From the NCBI RefSeq assembly GCF_006345805.1, contig NW_021832921.1, positions 1 to 29,622 on the forward strand: a stretch of DNA of 29,622 bases, written 5' to 3'. A program made the position numbers and the translations under genes. The notes beneath the pieces were generated by a model. The model saw only the letters and a program-made list of their open reading frames with translations, was not told the origin of the DNA and did no database searches. Shown in pieces: positions 11,334 to 21,400 of the stretch (position 1 is its first letter; each line of letters begins with the position of its first letter). Origin of the DNA: Octopus sinensis (lineage: Eukaryota).

Positions 11334-12183
11334 TACGAGGTCTGACGAATAAATATGTGGACTGTTGCTATAGTGACGAAGCTAAAGCACGCTGCGTACA
11401 GCCGCTTGGAACAGATTGACCTTGACACATGTGCATATGTCTTAACGTCCTAGTACACATTCGCTGTCTACAGCGGTGCTTGGTAGGAATATGTGTAGCG
11501 TGTGATCGTCGCATTGACAATGACAAGGAACGTTGAGCAGAAAATCTGCATCAAATTTTACCAAAAGCTTGGTGATACCTGCTCAGAGACCGACACAGTG
11601 TTTTCAAAAACTTCTCATCGTTCTCGAAACAATCAAGGTGATCTTGTGTAACTGAAACCCAAGTGTCTTCTCGGTCAGCTGAAAGTTTTTTGGGCACAAA
11701 CTTGGCAGACAGATGCCTCTCATACCAAAATCTTCAGGGATAATAGACTGAACGGAACTGTAACTAATCTGCACATCCTCTGATCTTACGGATGCTGATT
11801 CGACGATTTCCCTTCACATCTGCACATACATTTGCGATGCTTTTCTCAGTTCTGTTGGTTGCAGATCTCGTAGAACGTTCGTCAATATAATCATATTTTC
11901 GGCCATCTTGGAAACGTCTGAATCCCTCATACACTCTTCTCTATACACTTTCTGCAACTTTGCGCATGCCTCTGGGCAGGTATCGCCATGACAACTTTAT
12001 CTGTCATTGTCAATGCGATAATTACACGTTGCATAAGTTACTTCAAAGAACTGCTGTAAACAGCGGAAGTACGCTAGAACTTGTGACCATGCACAACATA
12101 GTTCAAGGTCAATCTATTTTAAGCGCCTTCACTCTGCGTGCTTTAACTTCGTTACTATGGAAACTTATTGACCAAACCTCATA
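11334..12183. mobile_element. Non-autonomous mariner (Tc1/mariner) derivative built from two inverted 5' ends; transposase remnants on both strands
   Basis: Termini TACGAGGTCTG (11334) and, in reverse complement, TATGAGGTTTG (12183), each flanked by TA. The plus strand from ATG 11520 reads MTRNVEQKICIKFYQKLGDTCSET. The minus strand from ATG 12007 reads, with frameshifts, GDTCPEACAKLQKVYREECM / RRFQDGRKYDYIDERSTRSATNRTEKSIANVCADVKGNRRISIRKI / EDVQISYSSVQSIIPEDFGMRGI / SAKFVPKKLSADREDTWVSVTQDHLDCFENDEKFLKTL. This is the mariner HTH-HTH-linker region; no DD34D catalytic domain is present. Confidence 0.92.
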
Positions 12184-12479
12184 TAGACTGGAAGAACCGC
12201 TTGCGTCTGTTAGACACTTAGTATGTGTGACCCGAGGTTTCATTTCAAATGTTTACAACTCTATATATTTATAGGTGGAGCCTGGAAGACTCTTTCTAAG
12301 ATTGTGCAACGTTGATTTTTGCGAATAATCAAAAGTTTGACGTGAAGGTCTTATGGCGAAAAGCCTATTAACATCGCGGCAGCAGTCTTCTACAAATTCA
12401 CTCAGAGTTATTATAACGGAACGATATAATGAATAATTTCTATCCCCTTCCCTTCCCTCATTGCCTCTCCTTTCCCCTC

Positions 12480-12629
12480 TTTATCTACCCATCCATCCAC
12501 CCATTTATCCATCCCACCATCTATGTATGTATCTACCTATCTACCTACCTACCTATCTACATATCTACTTACCTACCTATCTACATACCTACCTACATAT
12601 GTACCTACCTACCCAACTGACTGTCTGTA

Positions 12630-12667
<38 letters not shown>

Positions 12668-12710
12668 CCTATCTACTTATCTATCTATCTGTCTATATGT
12701 CTATCTGTCT
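12480..12710. repeat. (CCAT)/(CCTA)/(TATC)n microsatellite
   Basis: Direct reading. Confidence 0.93.
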
Positions 12711-13404
12711 TTTTTAGATACACTTCGTACTCCCACACACCAACACCGATTAGTTTACTTTAGAATTTACTTAACGCACGAAGGAAATTGCTCTTTTCTC
12801 CTCCATCCCCGTCAGCGCTGTAAACTTAATACCAGTAATATGTTACCATCTTACTCCTGGACAGGACATCTTTACAAGAATGGAGCTATTGTTTAATCAA
12901 AAGGAAACTACACTTAAGTAGATTAAAACACAGCATCGCCATATCGCTGCACGAGGCCGCCCTCTTCCCTGCCCATCTCTCACCCTCTCTTTCTCTCTCT
13001 CTGCCTCTCCCTCTCTCTTTCTCGCTATTGTCTCCCCAATATGTTTATAGGAAACTTCATAATATAAATAATGAATGCGATATTTTTAGACGAATCAAAG
13101 AAATGTTAGATTATTTGTCTACTCGTTTTACAATCAATCGATTTGATCTTTGTTCTGGAACTAAGCAATAACAGCAGTAATAGACACAAACAATAGAGAA
13201 CAACAACAACAACAACAAGAATAACTACTACTACTACTAGCGTTGCTACTGCTACTGCTGCTGCTACTACTGCTGCAAGAAAAGACAAAAGAGAAACGAT
13301 TCGTTCTATATATAGAAACAAAAATTAGATAATGGAACAGGAATCCTTGATACTATTAGATGAGAATTCTAAAAATACATATTTCTTTAAGAAATTATGG
13401 TACA

Positions 13405-13560
13405 CTGATGATGATGTCAATGATGATGATTAGGATGACAATAAAGCTGATAATAATGAGGTTGATGTCGGCAAAGTAAATATAAATAATAACAGTGGTC
13501 ATGAGTATGATGACTACAATGATGATGATGACGACGATGATGATCATGATGGCGATCATG
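13405..13560. repeat. Degenerate (GAT)n-rich low-complexity tract
   Basis: Direct reading; contains stops (TAG at 13431) so it is not a poly-Asp ORF. Confidence 0.85.
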
Positions 13561-13706
13561 GTATGTGTAAGAAAGAACTGATAATTACTCCAAGAGAAGA
13601 CATACGCTCAAGAGAAAATGGTTTTCTCTGTCTTTGAATTAAAAGACGAGCTTTTATAGACGTGTGAAATAAAACTGCGTGGCGTTAATGCCTCTTCTGA
13701 GATTAT

Positions 13707-13909
13707 TGATTTCAAATTTTAGTACAAGGCCAGCACGTACGTTCGTGGGGTTAAATCTATTATATCATCCCCAATGTTCAACTGGTACTTGCTTTATTGA
13801 CCATGAAAAAATGAAAGGTAAACCGATCTCAGTGAATTTGAACTGAGAACGTAAAGATGAAGACTGACCATTTTGTCAGCCATGCTGACGATTCCGCCAT
13901 CTCATCGCC
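13707..13909 (-). mobile_element. Family B SINE, diverged
   Basis: Reverse complement starts GGCGATGAGATGGCGGAATCGTCAGCATG, contains CGTTCTCAGTTCAAATTCAC and AAGTACCAGTTGAAC, and ends GGCCTTGTACTAAAATTTGAAATCA. Confidence 0.85.
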
Positions 13910-14194
13910 TGCGATTATTAGAGAGCCTAAAGAGTTTTGTATGTGAGAAACCAGTTAAGCATCAGCTGACATTTTGTAATACGGTATCCTTTTGAATTAG
14001 AAGAAATATATCATAGACACACACACACACAACAACGTGTGTGTACATACACCCACGTGCACACACACACACTCGCTTACACTCGCGCGTACATCGAACA
14101 GTTGTGAGTGGCATTGATGCCTTTTATTGTTCTTGAAGTATGTAAATAAAATAAGCTTAGTCGCAGATCGAACATAGTTCATCAACAGATTTTG

Positions 14195-14370
14195 CACTAC
14201 TAACTAATAATTTCAAATGTTAATTTTTAATACTGCGACAAGCCAGATATGTCTGAAGGCAACAAAGAGTCCATCAAATTAACATCAGAATTTTACTCGT
14301 ATTTTAGATCTTCGGACGTTGAAGAATGAAAGCCAAAGACTACAGCAGTAGGGTTTGAACACTGTTGTGC
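14195..14370 (-). mobile_element. Highly degenerate family B-like SINE fragment
   Basis: Residual CTTTGGCTTTCATTCTTCAACGTCCGAAGATCTAAAATACGAGTA and GGCTTGTCGCAGTATT on the minus strand resemble the family B body and tail. Confidence 0.45.
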
Positions 14371-14583
14371 CAATCCATTTAATGGTCTATTAATTAAGTC
14401 CTAAATATAGAGTTATTTGTAGGGGCGAGAACGCGATGCCCGTGGCCTTGTCAGTGGCATATGTGGAACTTGCTTCATGCAGAATAGTAATGTATTTATG
14501 TATTGCTAGACATAAGTATTTGACCTACTTTACGACAGGGTATGTGTGTGTCCATCTAGCTATTTATCTCCACTCTCTATCTG

Positions 14584-14654
<71 letters not shown>

Positions 14655-15536
14655 CTATACACACACATACAAACACACACACACATACAAACACACACAC
14701 ACATACAACACACACACACACACACATATATACATATATAAATACCTTTATATATGCGTGTGTGTATGTATATAAAATCGGACTACATAAATGTCTGTGT
14801 GTCTGCTCTTCTGCTTTATATTGCTATGGACCTCTACACAAGAAACCATGCTCTATAACAATTATTTTCCTTTTCCATTCACATAAAGATCTAAGTAAGA
14901 TGTCCTCATAAATATATTGTTCGAAATATTTCTGATCTTGCATCTTTTATCTGTTCCATTTTACGACCGAGCTTTTTCAAAATAGCCAAGTTTGTGTATT
15001 ATATTCGGCTTCATTTGTATCATATATACACATGATACGCTGTCATTGATACAAGGCAAACAGCTGTGGAGTGTCAGAACGGATAGAATGTCCGGTTGTG
15101 AAGCATTCTCTTTTTGCGGCCGTTAATGTTCTATGTTCAAGCTCCATGTCGCTCGAGTTTATATTCACAAAGCTTTCAGGGTTCCGCAATGAAGTAGATC
15201 TAATAAATATTTTACATGTCCTAATGGCTGTGATATTCTGTGCATGTCAAATGTCAATATTTCTTCTGACCTCAGCCTGCACTTTTATGTCCAGACTAAA
15301 TATAGTATGTAAGTATATATTTCTGTATTGATCATGCTAAAGTGTGTATATGTGCGTGTGTTTGTGTGTGTGAGTTTGCGTAAGTGTGCACATTATTGCA
15401 TATACATACGCGTACGTAGAGGTCCATAAAAGTTTTCTGTATAAACGCAATCGCTATCGAATACAAAGTTTGATTCGGGCACGCGCATACATACATCTGT
15501 ATATACACATACCTAGTGCATACATACAGACACACA

Positions 15537-15625
15537 CATTATATATATCTGTGTATATATATATATATATCTATATATATATATATTATATATATATATA
15601 TATATTATATATATATATATACAAA

Positions 15626-15665
<40 letters not shown>

Positions 15666-15672
15666 CACAAAT

Positions 15673-15746
<74 letters not shown>

Positions 15747-15864
15747 TATATACACAATATATATATATATATATAACACAATATATATATATACACAAAT
15801 ATACATATATATATACACAAATATATATATATATATACACAAATATATATATATATACACAAAT

Positions 15865-15903
<39 letters not shown>

Positions 15904-15917
15904 ATATATTTATATAA
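15537..15917. repeat. Long (TA)n array interrupted by recurring CACAA(A) units
   Basis: Direct reading; source of the IY-repeat ORFs at 15386-15992. Confidence 0.97.
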
Positions 15918-16032
15918 ACACAAGCACGCCTTCTTATTGATATTTCGAGAAACATATTCATAAAACAGCATGAAAAACAACATCAAAAACAATGCTAGTA
16001 AAATAAAATTACATCAAACTTTCCAAACTCAC

Positions 16033-16063
16033 CTGATTGACGGAATCCAGAGAGAGATGACAT
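16033..16063 (-). CDS. Candidate alternative first coding exon MSSLSGFRQS (phase 1 end), or a recursive splice site
   Basis: ATG TCA TCT CTC TCT GGA TTC CGT CAA TCA G|GTGAGT, with a consensus donor at 16032. It is preceded by a pyrimidine tract with no AG for ~115 nt. No homology recognised. Confidence 0.3.
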
Positions 16064-16470
16064 GAAATAGAAAAAAAGAGAGAAAAACGCATTAAGTTAA
16101 ATAATAATAAAGATATAAAATTAATGGTAATATTTAAATTTTATTACATCCTCCTTCACGTAAAAGCAGAAAAATAAATCAACTACGAATTCTTTTGTAC
16201 TTCTTATTTCAACAAAAACAAACAATTTGATAGTAAATTCTGCAGGAATTAATAACTTTCAAGTTCATTAGATCGATATTAGATCTATACTTTATTGCAA
16301 GCCAAGCTACCCTCTAATTTGATTAAACGTTGTCTGTAAAATATGGTGGAAACATTTACTTGTACACCTTCCATTTATATTTTTGCGTAGAATTTTGTTA
16401 CAGGGCATTAGATGTTGGCATCAAAGAGTTAAATAGAGTATCACTCACATAAATAGGATCCTGTGTATTA

Positions 16471-16477
<7 letters not shown>

Positions 16478-16532
<55 letters not shown>

Positions 16533-16567
16533 CATCATCATCATCATCATCATTATTATTATTATTA

Positions 16568-16603
<36 letters not shown>

Positions 16604-16924
16604 TGCCTTTGCACAGCTTCTAACGTTGGAGATGTACCACGGTGTCAGTTGTTCACTACCATTGAACTACTGTAACACCTCTTAATTTTTAAGCACCTTC
16701 CGGAGTATTCGAGCGGTTAGAAGCAGTGCTATTTTCTGAAAGTGCATGACCGTTATTGCAGCCCCTATTTGCCCCATGTACTACTCAATATTTTTACTCA
16801 CAGTTCCCAGGGTTCCGACAATTATTTGTACTACTGCTGCCTTTTTCATCGACCACAACTACTTAACTTCCCAAGCTGACCTGTCATGTCTCTCAGCTTT
16901 TCCTTCTTCATTATTGCATACCTT

Positions 16925-16925
<1 letters not shown>
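16478..16925 (-). mobile_element. Second RLE-type (R4/Hero-like) LINE family, 3' fragment with (AAT)n tail
   Basis: Minus strand reads [73 protein letters not shown] (stop 16684-16682). This fits the RLE C-terminal pattern EKxxKYxxLxxE...LW...VVPIIVGALGTV...LQKxALLGTARILRxVL. A short UTR and the (AAT)n tail at 16478-16604 follow. Confidence 0.88.
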
Positions 16926-17140
<215 letters not shown>

Positions 17141-17331
17141 AGTGATAGAGAGGTAGATAGAAAGAAGAGGTGTAGAAAATGACTCAGCGATGTGTTACAG
17201 AAAGTACTTTAATCACACTTGTATTAGGCCGGATGCAAAATGTTGTACAGTGCTCATGCGCAAATATGTTTATATTATGCGTGTATTAGTGCAAGGGATA
17301 TTTATATGAACATGTCAAATGTGAAACCGTT

Positions 17332-17558
17332 AGGAAAGAGCTGGCAGAAACTTTAGCACGGCGGGCGAAATGCTTAGCGGTAATTCGTCTGTCTTTACGT
17401 TCTGGGTTCAAATTCCACCTAGTTCGACTTTGCCTTTAATCCTTTCGGGGTCGATAAATTCCAGTTACACACTAGGGTCAATGTAATCGACATAATCCCA
17501 TTGTCTGTCCTTGTTTGTCACCTCTATGTTTAGCCCCCTGTGGGCAATAAAGAAATAA
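17332..17558 (+). mobile_element. Family B SINE, full length, with an alternative 3' tail
   Basis: GAGCTGGCAGAAAC...GAAATGCTTAGCGG...GGTTCAAATTCC...CCTTTCGGGGTCGATAAA...AATGTAATCGAC, followed by TTGTCTGTCCTTGTTTGTCACCTCTATGTTTAGCCCCCTGTGGGCAATAAAGAAATA. Confidence 0.92.
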
Positions 17559-18033
17559 ATATTTAGGATTACTTCCATAAACGAATCAGTTGATTGTCAG
17601 AGAGCAACAGAATGATTAGAAAAAAAGCTATTAAAACGAGCAAACCATACATAAAGTTTCATATATGACAAATGCAAAGTAATTCGCTATAAATGAATAC
17701 ATCATCAAAATCTTCATAAGCACAAGATTTTCATTACGCCAAATGATAATGAAACTCTTATAATATTCTACAAAAACACCAAAATTTAAACACGTCATAT
17801 AAATAACAAACTGAATGCGTCAATAATGAACAGCGTGGTTTATCCATTTGATTGCAGACACAAAAAAGAATCCCCCGAAGAGTGTAAAATTCACGACTGC
17901 AGTTGTTATATTGGACCGGCAAAAAGTACGATATTCTTCTGCTTGGATATCAGACACAACAGGGAGGAATTAAGATGTATTATGGCAACATACAACAAGA
18001 AATTATGCAGGGAAATATTTTTAACAAACATAC

Positions 18034-18050
18034 CTCTATTCTAAAGACAT
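18034..18050 (-). CDS. Candidate 17-nt microexon, (x)DVFRIE-type, phase 1 to 0
   Basis: TACTAAC at 18096-18090, then an AG-free tract ...ctattttttgaag|ATGTCTTTAGAATAGAG|GTATGT. Only the phase-1 frame is stop-free. The -3 base is a purine, and a TAG acceptor at 18041 would give a 7-nt exon instead. Confidence 0.3.
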
Positions 18051-18204
18051 CTTCAAAAAATAGACAATTGTGTGAATGTATGAATATATGTTAGTATGTA
18101 CACATGTACGCTTAGATAAATGCTTCATGAATGTGAGCAAGAAGCTATGCTTGCATCTATGAATGTATATGCATGTATATAAATATATATATATTTTTTT
18201 TATA

Positions 18205-18470
18205 TTCGTCCCTTTTGCTGTCCTGGTGTCCGTATGCATTCGATCCTTCTTCCAGGAAATCTACGCTCCCAGCTTAGTTTTTCTAATGCTCGTTGCTTAG
18301 TTTTTCTTGGAGGGCTGGCCGTGATCTAGTAATCTCAAGATTAATCAGCCGAAATTACTACGATGATCCGGTTCTTGACTGAAGACTGAGGGTTTCGAAT
18401 GTCTTGTCCGTGTTTATTGTGTCGTCTTCTAAGAGTTATACGTTCTTGTCCATGTTGTAGTTTTCTACAT
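18205..18470 (+). mobile_element. Penelope-like element fragment (left arm of an inverted pair)
   Basis: CTTCTTCCA, TTTTCTTGG, GCCGAAATT (18348-18356) and CTTGACTGAAGA (18374-18385) recur in reverse complement in 18575-18870. The family assignment is inferred from the CTGAAGA...GAA motif and the TA-tract context. Confidence 0.6.
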
Positions 18471-18492
18471 ACCTAATATACATATATATATA

Positions 18493-18542
<50 letters not shown>

Positions 18543-18544
18543 TA

Positions 18545-18574
<30 letters not shown>

Positions 18575-18575
<1 letters not shown>

Positions 18576-19082
18576 ACAAAACAAAAAATGGAACAAGTAC
18601 GTAACAGGCAAACAACATAACATTCGGAGAGTTAGACAATACAAAAAAGGACAGGAAAAAATAAGCACGAGTCATTCCGAGTTTTAAATCTTCAGTCAAG
18701 TACCAGATCATTTTTGCAATTTCGGCCGGATACTCTCGAGACTGCTCTAATCTGGCCGGCCCCAAGAAAATCTAAACTAAGAGGACTAGATTCTTTGGAA
18801 GAAAGCAAGAGAATGTATATGCAAACAAGGACGAAAAGAAAGGAGAAATGGTACACAATTACAAATACAAACAAAAGGTACTTGAAAAGATATACGCCAG
18901 GTAGGGTTGGATAAACCTGTGATTCCGACATATGGTTGCTAAGGATCAAACAGAATACCCCGGTTGAATATTCGGAGAAAATCAACCCTATGAGTACTTA
19001 ACACCTATGGACTCGTCCAAAGCACAGGTTACGCTGAAGCGTAGGAAACAGATGTAATGGGCTGGCAATTATCCCTCGTCTG

Positions 19083-19085
<3 letters not shown>
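18575..19085 (-). mobile_element. Penelope-like element fragment (right, longer arm of the inverted pair)
   Basis: TCTTCAGTCAAG (18689-18700) and AATTTCGGC (18718-18726) are inverted matches to the left arm. The element is bounded by (TA)n on both sides. Confidence 0.6.
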
Positions 19086-19138
<53 letters not shown>

Positions 19139-20527
19139 CATACATACATATAATGCAATAATAATATATATGTATATAACTATTCTAATTTGTCTATCTA
19201 ACTAAATTTCTGCCTGTCACCCTCACCCTATCTCTCTCTCTCTCTCTACACACACACACAGACACACAACACATGCATACCCTCTTCCCCACACACACAC
19301 ACAGAGTATGAATCTTGACTGGAGATATTAAATTGATATTTGTCTATTTTGTTTGTGACTCGAGCTTTGTTTTGTTCGAACCCGCATCCTATTGATTTCT
19401 TTGCACAATACATCAATTCACACGAAGTCTGTAATTAGCAGGTGAACAGTACTTCCTCACACCTACAAAAACAAGGTCATCGATGTCGTCTCTCTCGCGT
19501 ACCGCAGCTTTTGACGTCATAGGTGTATTACAATATATTTTAAAACTATTTACCATTAAAAGCCACAAGAGGAGGAATATATATGGACAGAGTTAAATGC
19601 TGAGACATTGTCAATACGGGACTATAAAAGAGTTACAATAATATCCATTACGTTAGTCTGATTGTATTTCCTTGTCTAAGAAATCTTATAAATGAAGCTG
19701 GTTTTCATTACTCTTTCAGGAAACAATTTGTATAGCGGGAGCATTGCGATGCAAGATGCTATTTTTCAATTCCGTGCTGGAATTTGTCCGTCCTGCTATT
19801 GTATGATATTCTGGCCAGAATCGCTAAATTCGATGATCAATTATTGCGGCGGATAGTGTTTGTGTATTGGGAACAAGATTTTATGAGATGCGTTTGTGCG
19901 TTGGCCATGATCATATAATCTTTCGTTGTTGTTTTTATGTGAGAATAACAATCTGTTATTATGATTTCCTAAATTTCTTTCAAGCTGTGAAAGCAGCAAA
20001 ACTATTTGTATGTTCACGGAGGAAATAATGGTAGATAGCTTTCAGTAAGCTCAATAGTTCAGATTAATTATTCTTGCAGTTATGGATAATCTCAGATTTC
20101 CAATACCGAAAGTCTTCCATGATTTAGAATAAATACAAAGGGAATTAATATTACAAACTGGATTGGTGATATATTTCAAATATGATTCCATCGAATGAAA
20201 GACATTTCGTATTTTTCGCTTATGAGCGACATTCACAAACAGGTTACCTCGGTTAAATAATCATTTCATATTTTTCTGGTTCACATTTACTACAATTACG
20301 AATAGCAAGAAATTGTAGAATTACCTTAGATTTAACTATCATATTATATTTAGTAAACAATGCAAAGAATTACAAACAAATATGTCTTTGCAACATTCAT
20401 TTTCGTCTTTCAAAATCTGGATGTGCTATCCCCCGCACCCCAAATAAAAAGAAAATAATGAAAGGCCCACTTGTCTGTTATGCGCTCAAATCGCCTTTCG
20501 CATCTATATTATATATATTAACATTAA

Positions 20528-20725
20528 GGGAGCGAGCTGGCAGAACTGTTAGCACGTTGGACGAAATGCTTAGCGGTATTTCGTCTGCCACTACGTTCTG
20601 AGTTCAATTTCCGCCGCTGTCATCTTTGCCGTTCTTCCTTTCGGTGTCGATAAATTAATTACACTGGGGTTGATATAATCGACTAGACCTCTCTCCCTAA
20701 ATTTCCATTTAGTAGAAATAATCAT
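20528..20725 (+). mobile_element. Family B SINE
   Basis: GGGAGCGAGCTGGCAGAACTGTTAGCACG...GAAATGCTTAGCGGTATTTCGTCTG...GAGTTCAATTTCCGCCG. Confidence 0.9.
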
Positions 20726-20777
20726 ATATATTAACATTATTTTTATCAAATTTATTTGAAGTAAAGCGATGTGCTAA

Positions 20778-20915
20778 TGGAGTTCATCTTCGGCTGAGGC
20801 CAACTTTACCATCCATCCTTTCGAGGTCGGTAGAATGATCCCCAGTTGAGCACTGGTATTGATGAAATCGACTTACTCACTCACCTGAACTTGCTGGCCT
20901 TGTGCCAGAATTTCT
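20778..20915 (+). mobile_element. Family B SINE, 5'-truncated fragment
   Basis: GAGTTCATCTTCGGCTGAGGCCAACTTTACC...CCTTTCGAGGTCG...CCAGTTGAGCACTGG...AATCGACTTA...GCTGGCCTTGTGCC. Confidence 0.8.
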
Positions 20916-20950
20916 ACACTGACGTTAATTTGAATATATAAATAAAAAAT

Positions 20951-21198
20951 AAATGCGACCTTTTAAAGCCTAGCCAGGCTCATGGGCCCAGTCTCCCGGT
21001 TTCAGTGAGGTATGTGTTCCCCAACTGGACGGGCCGCCAGTCCATCGCAGCGTTACTCATTTTTGCCAGTTGAGTGAACTGGAGCAACTTGAAATGAAGT
21101 GTTTTGCTCAAGAACACAACGGTCACCCTGTCCAGGATTTGAAACCACAATCTTACGATCATGATGCTGACACCCTAACCACTAAGCCACACGTCTCC
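20951..21198 (-). mobile_element. Family C (MIR-like CORE) SINE, full length
   Basis: Reverse complement head GGAGACGTGTGGCTTAGTGGTTAGGGTG (A box), GGTTTCAAATCC (B box), CORE GTGTTCTTGAGCAAAACACTTCATTTCA and tail GGCTAGGCTTTAAAAGG. Confidence 0.9.
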
Positions 21199-21249
21199 AC
21201 ATAAGTTAAATATATACTAATATTAAATTTAAATAAATTGAATTGGAGT

Positions 21250-21400
21250 AAGGGGATATGCTAGTAGAATCGTTAAAGATTCGTAAAATTGCAGTCAGTA
21301 TTTGTCCCAGCTCTTTAAGTTCTAATATCAAGGGACATACGTAAGGGTCAACTTTGCGTTCCATACATTCAGAGTCACCAAATGAAAGTACCATTCAAGT
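21250..21400 (+). mobile_element. Very degenerate family B-like SINE
   Basis: Residual GCTAGTAGAATCGTTA, TTTAAGTTCT, GGTCAACTTTGC and AAAGTACCA in family B order. Confidence 0.4.

Noticed and set aside
12275-12330. Plus-strand acceptor tatttatag|GTGGAGCCTGG as a terminal exon
   Set aside because: All frames stop within ~18 codons, with no homology or clear polyadenylation context.
13405-13560. Acidic poly-Asp coding stretch ending at ATG|GTATGT
   Set aside because: This is a degenerate (GAT)n repeat with in-frame stops and no good acceptor.
19478-19522. CRE palindrome TGACGTCA (19512-19519) in a short CpG-rich patch
   Set aside because: A single 8-mer has an appreciable chance occurrence in 30 kb, and there is no TSS evidence.
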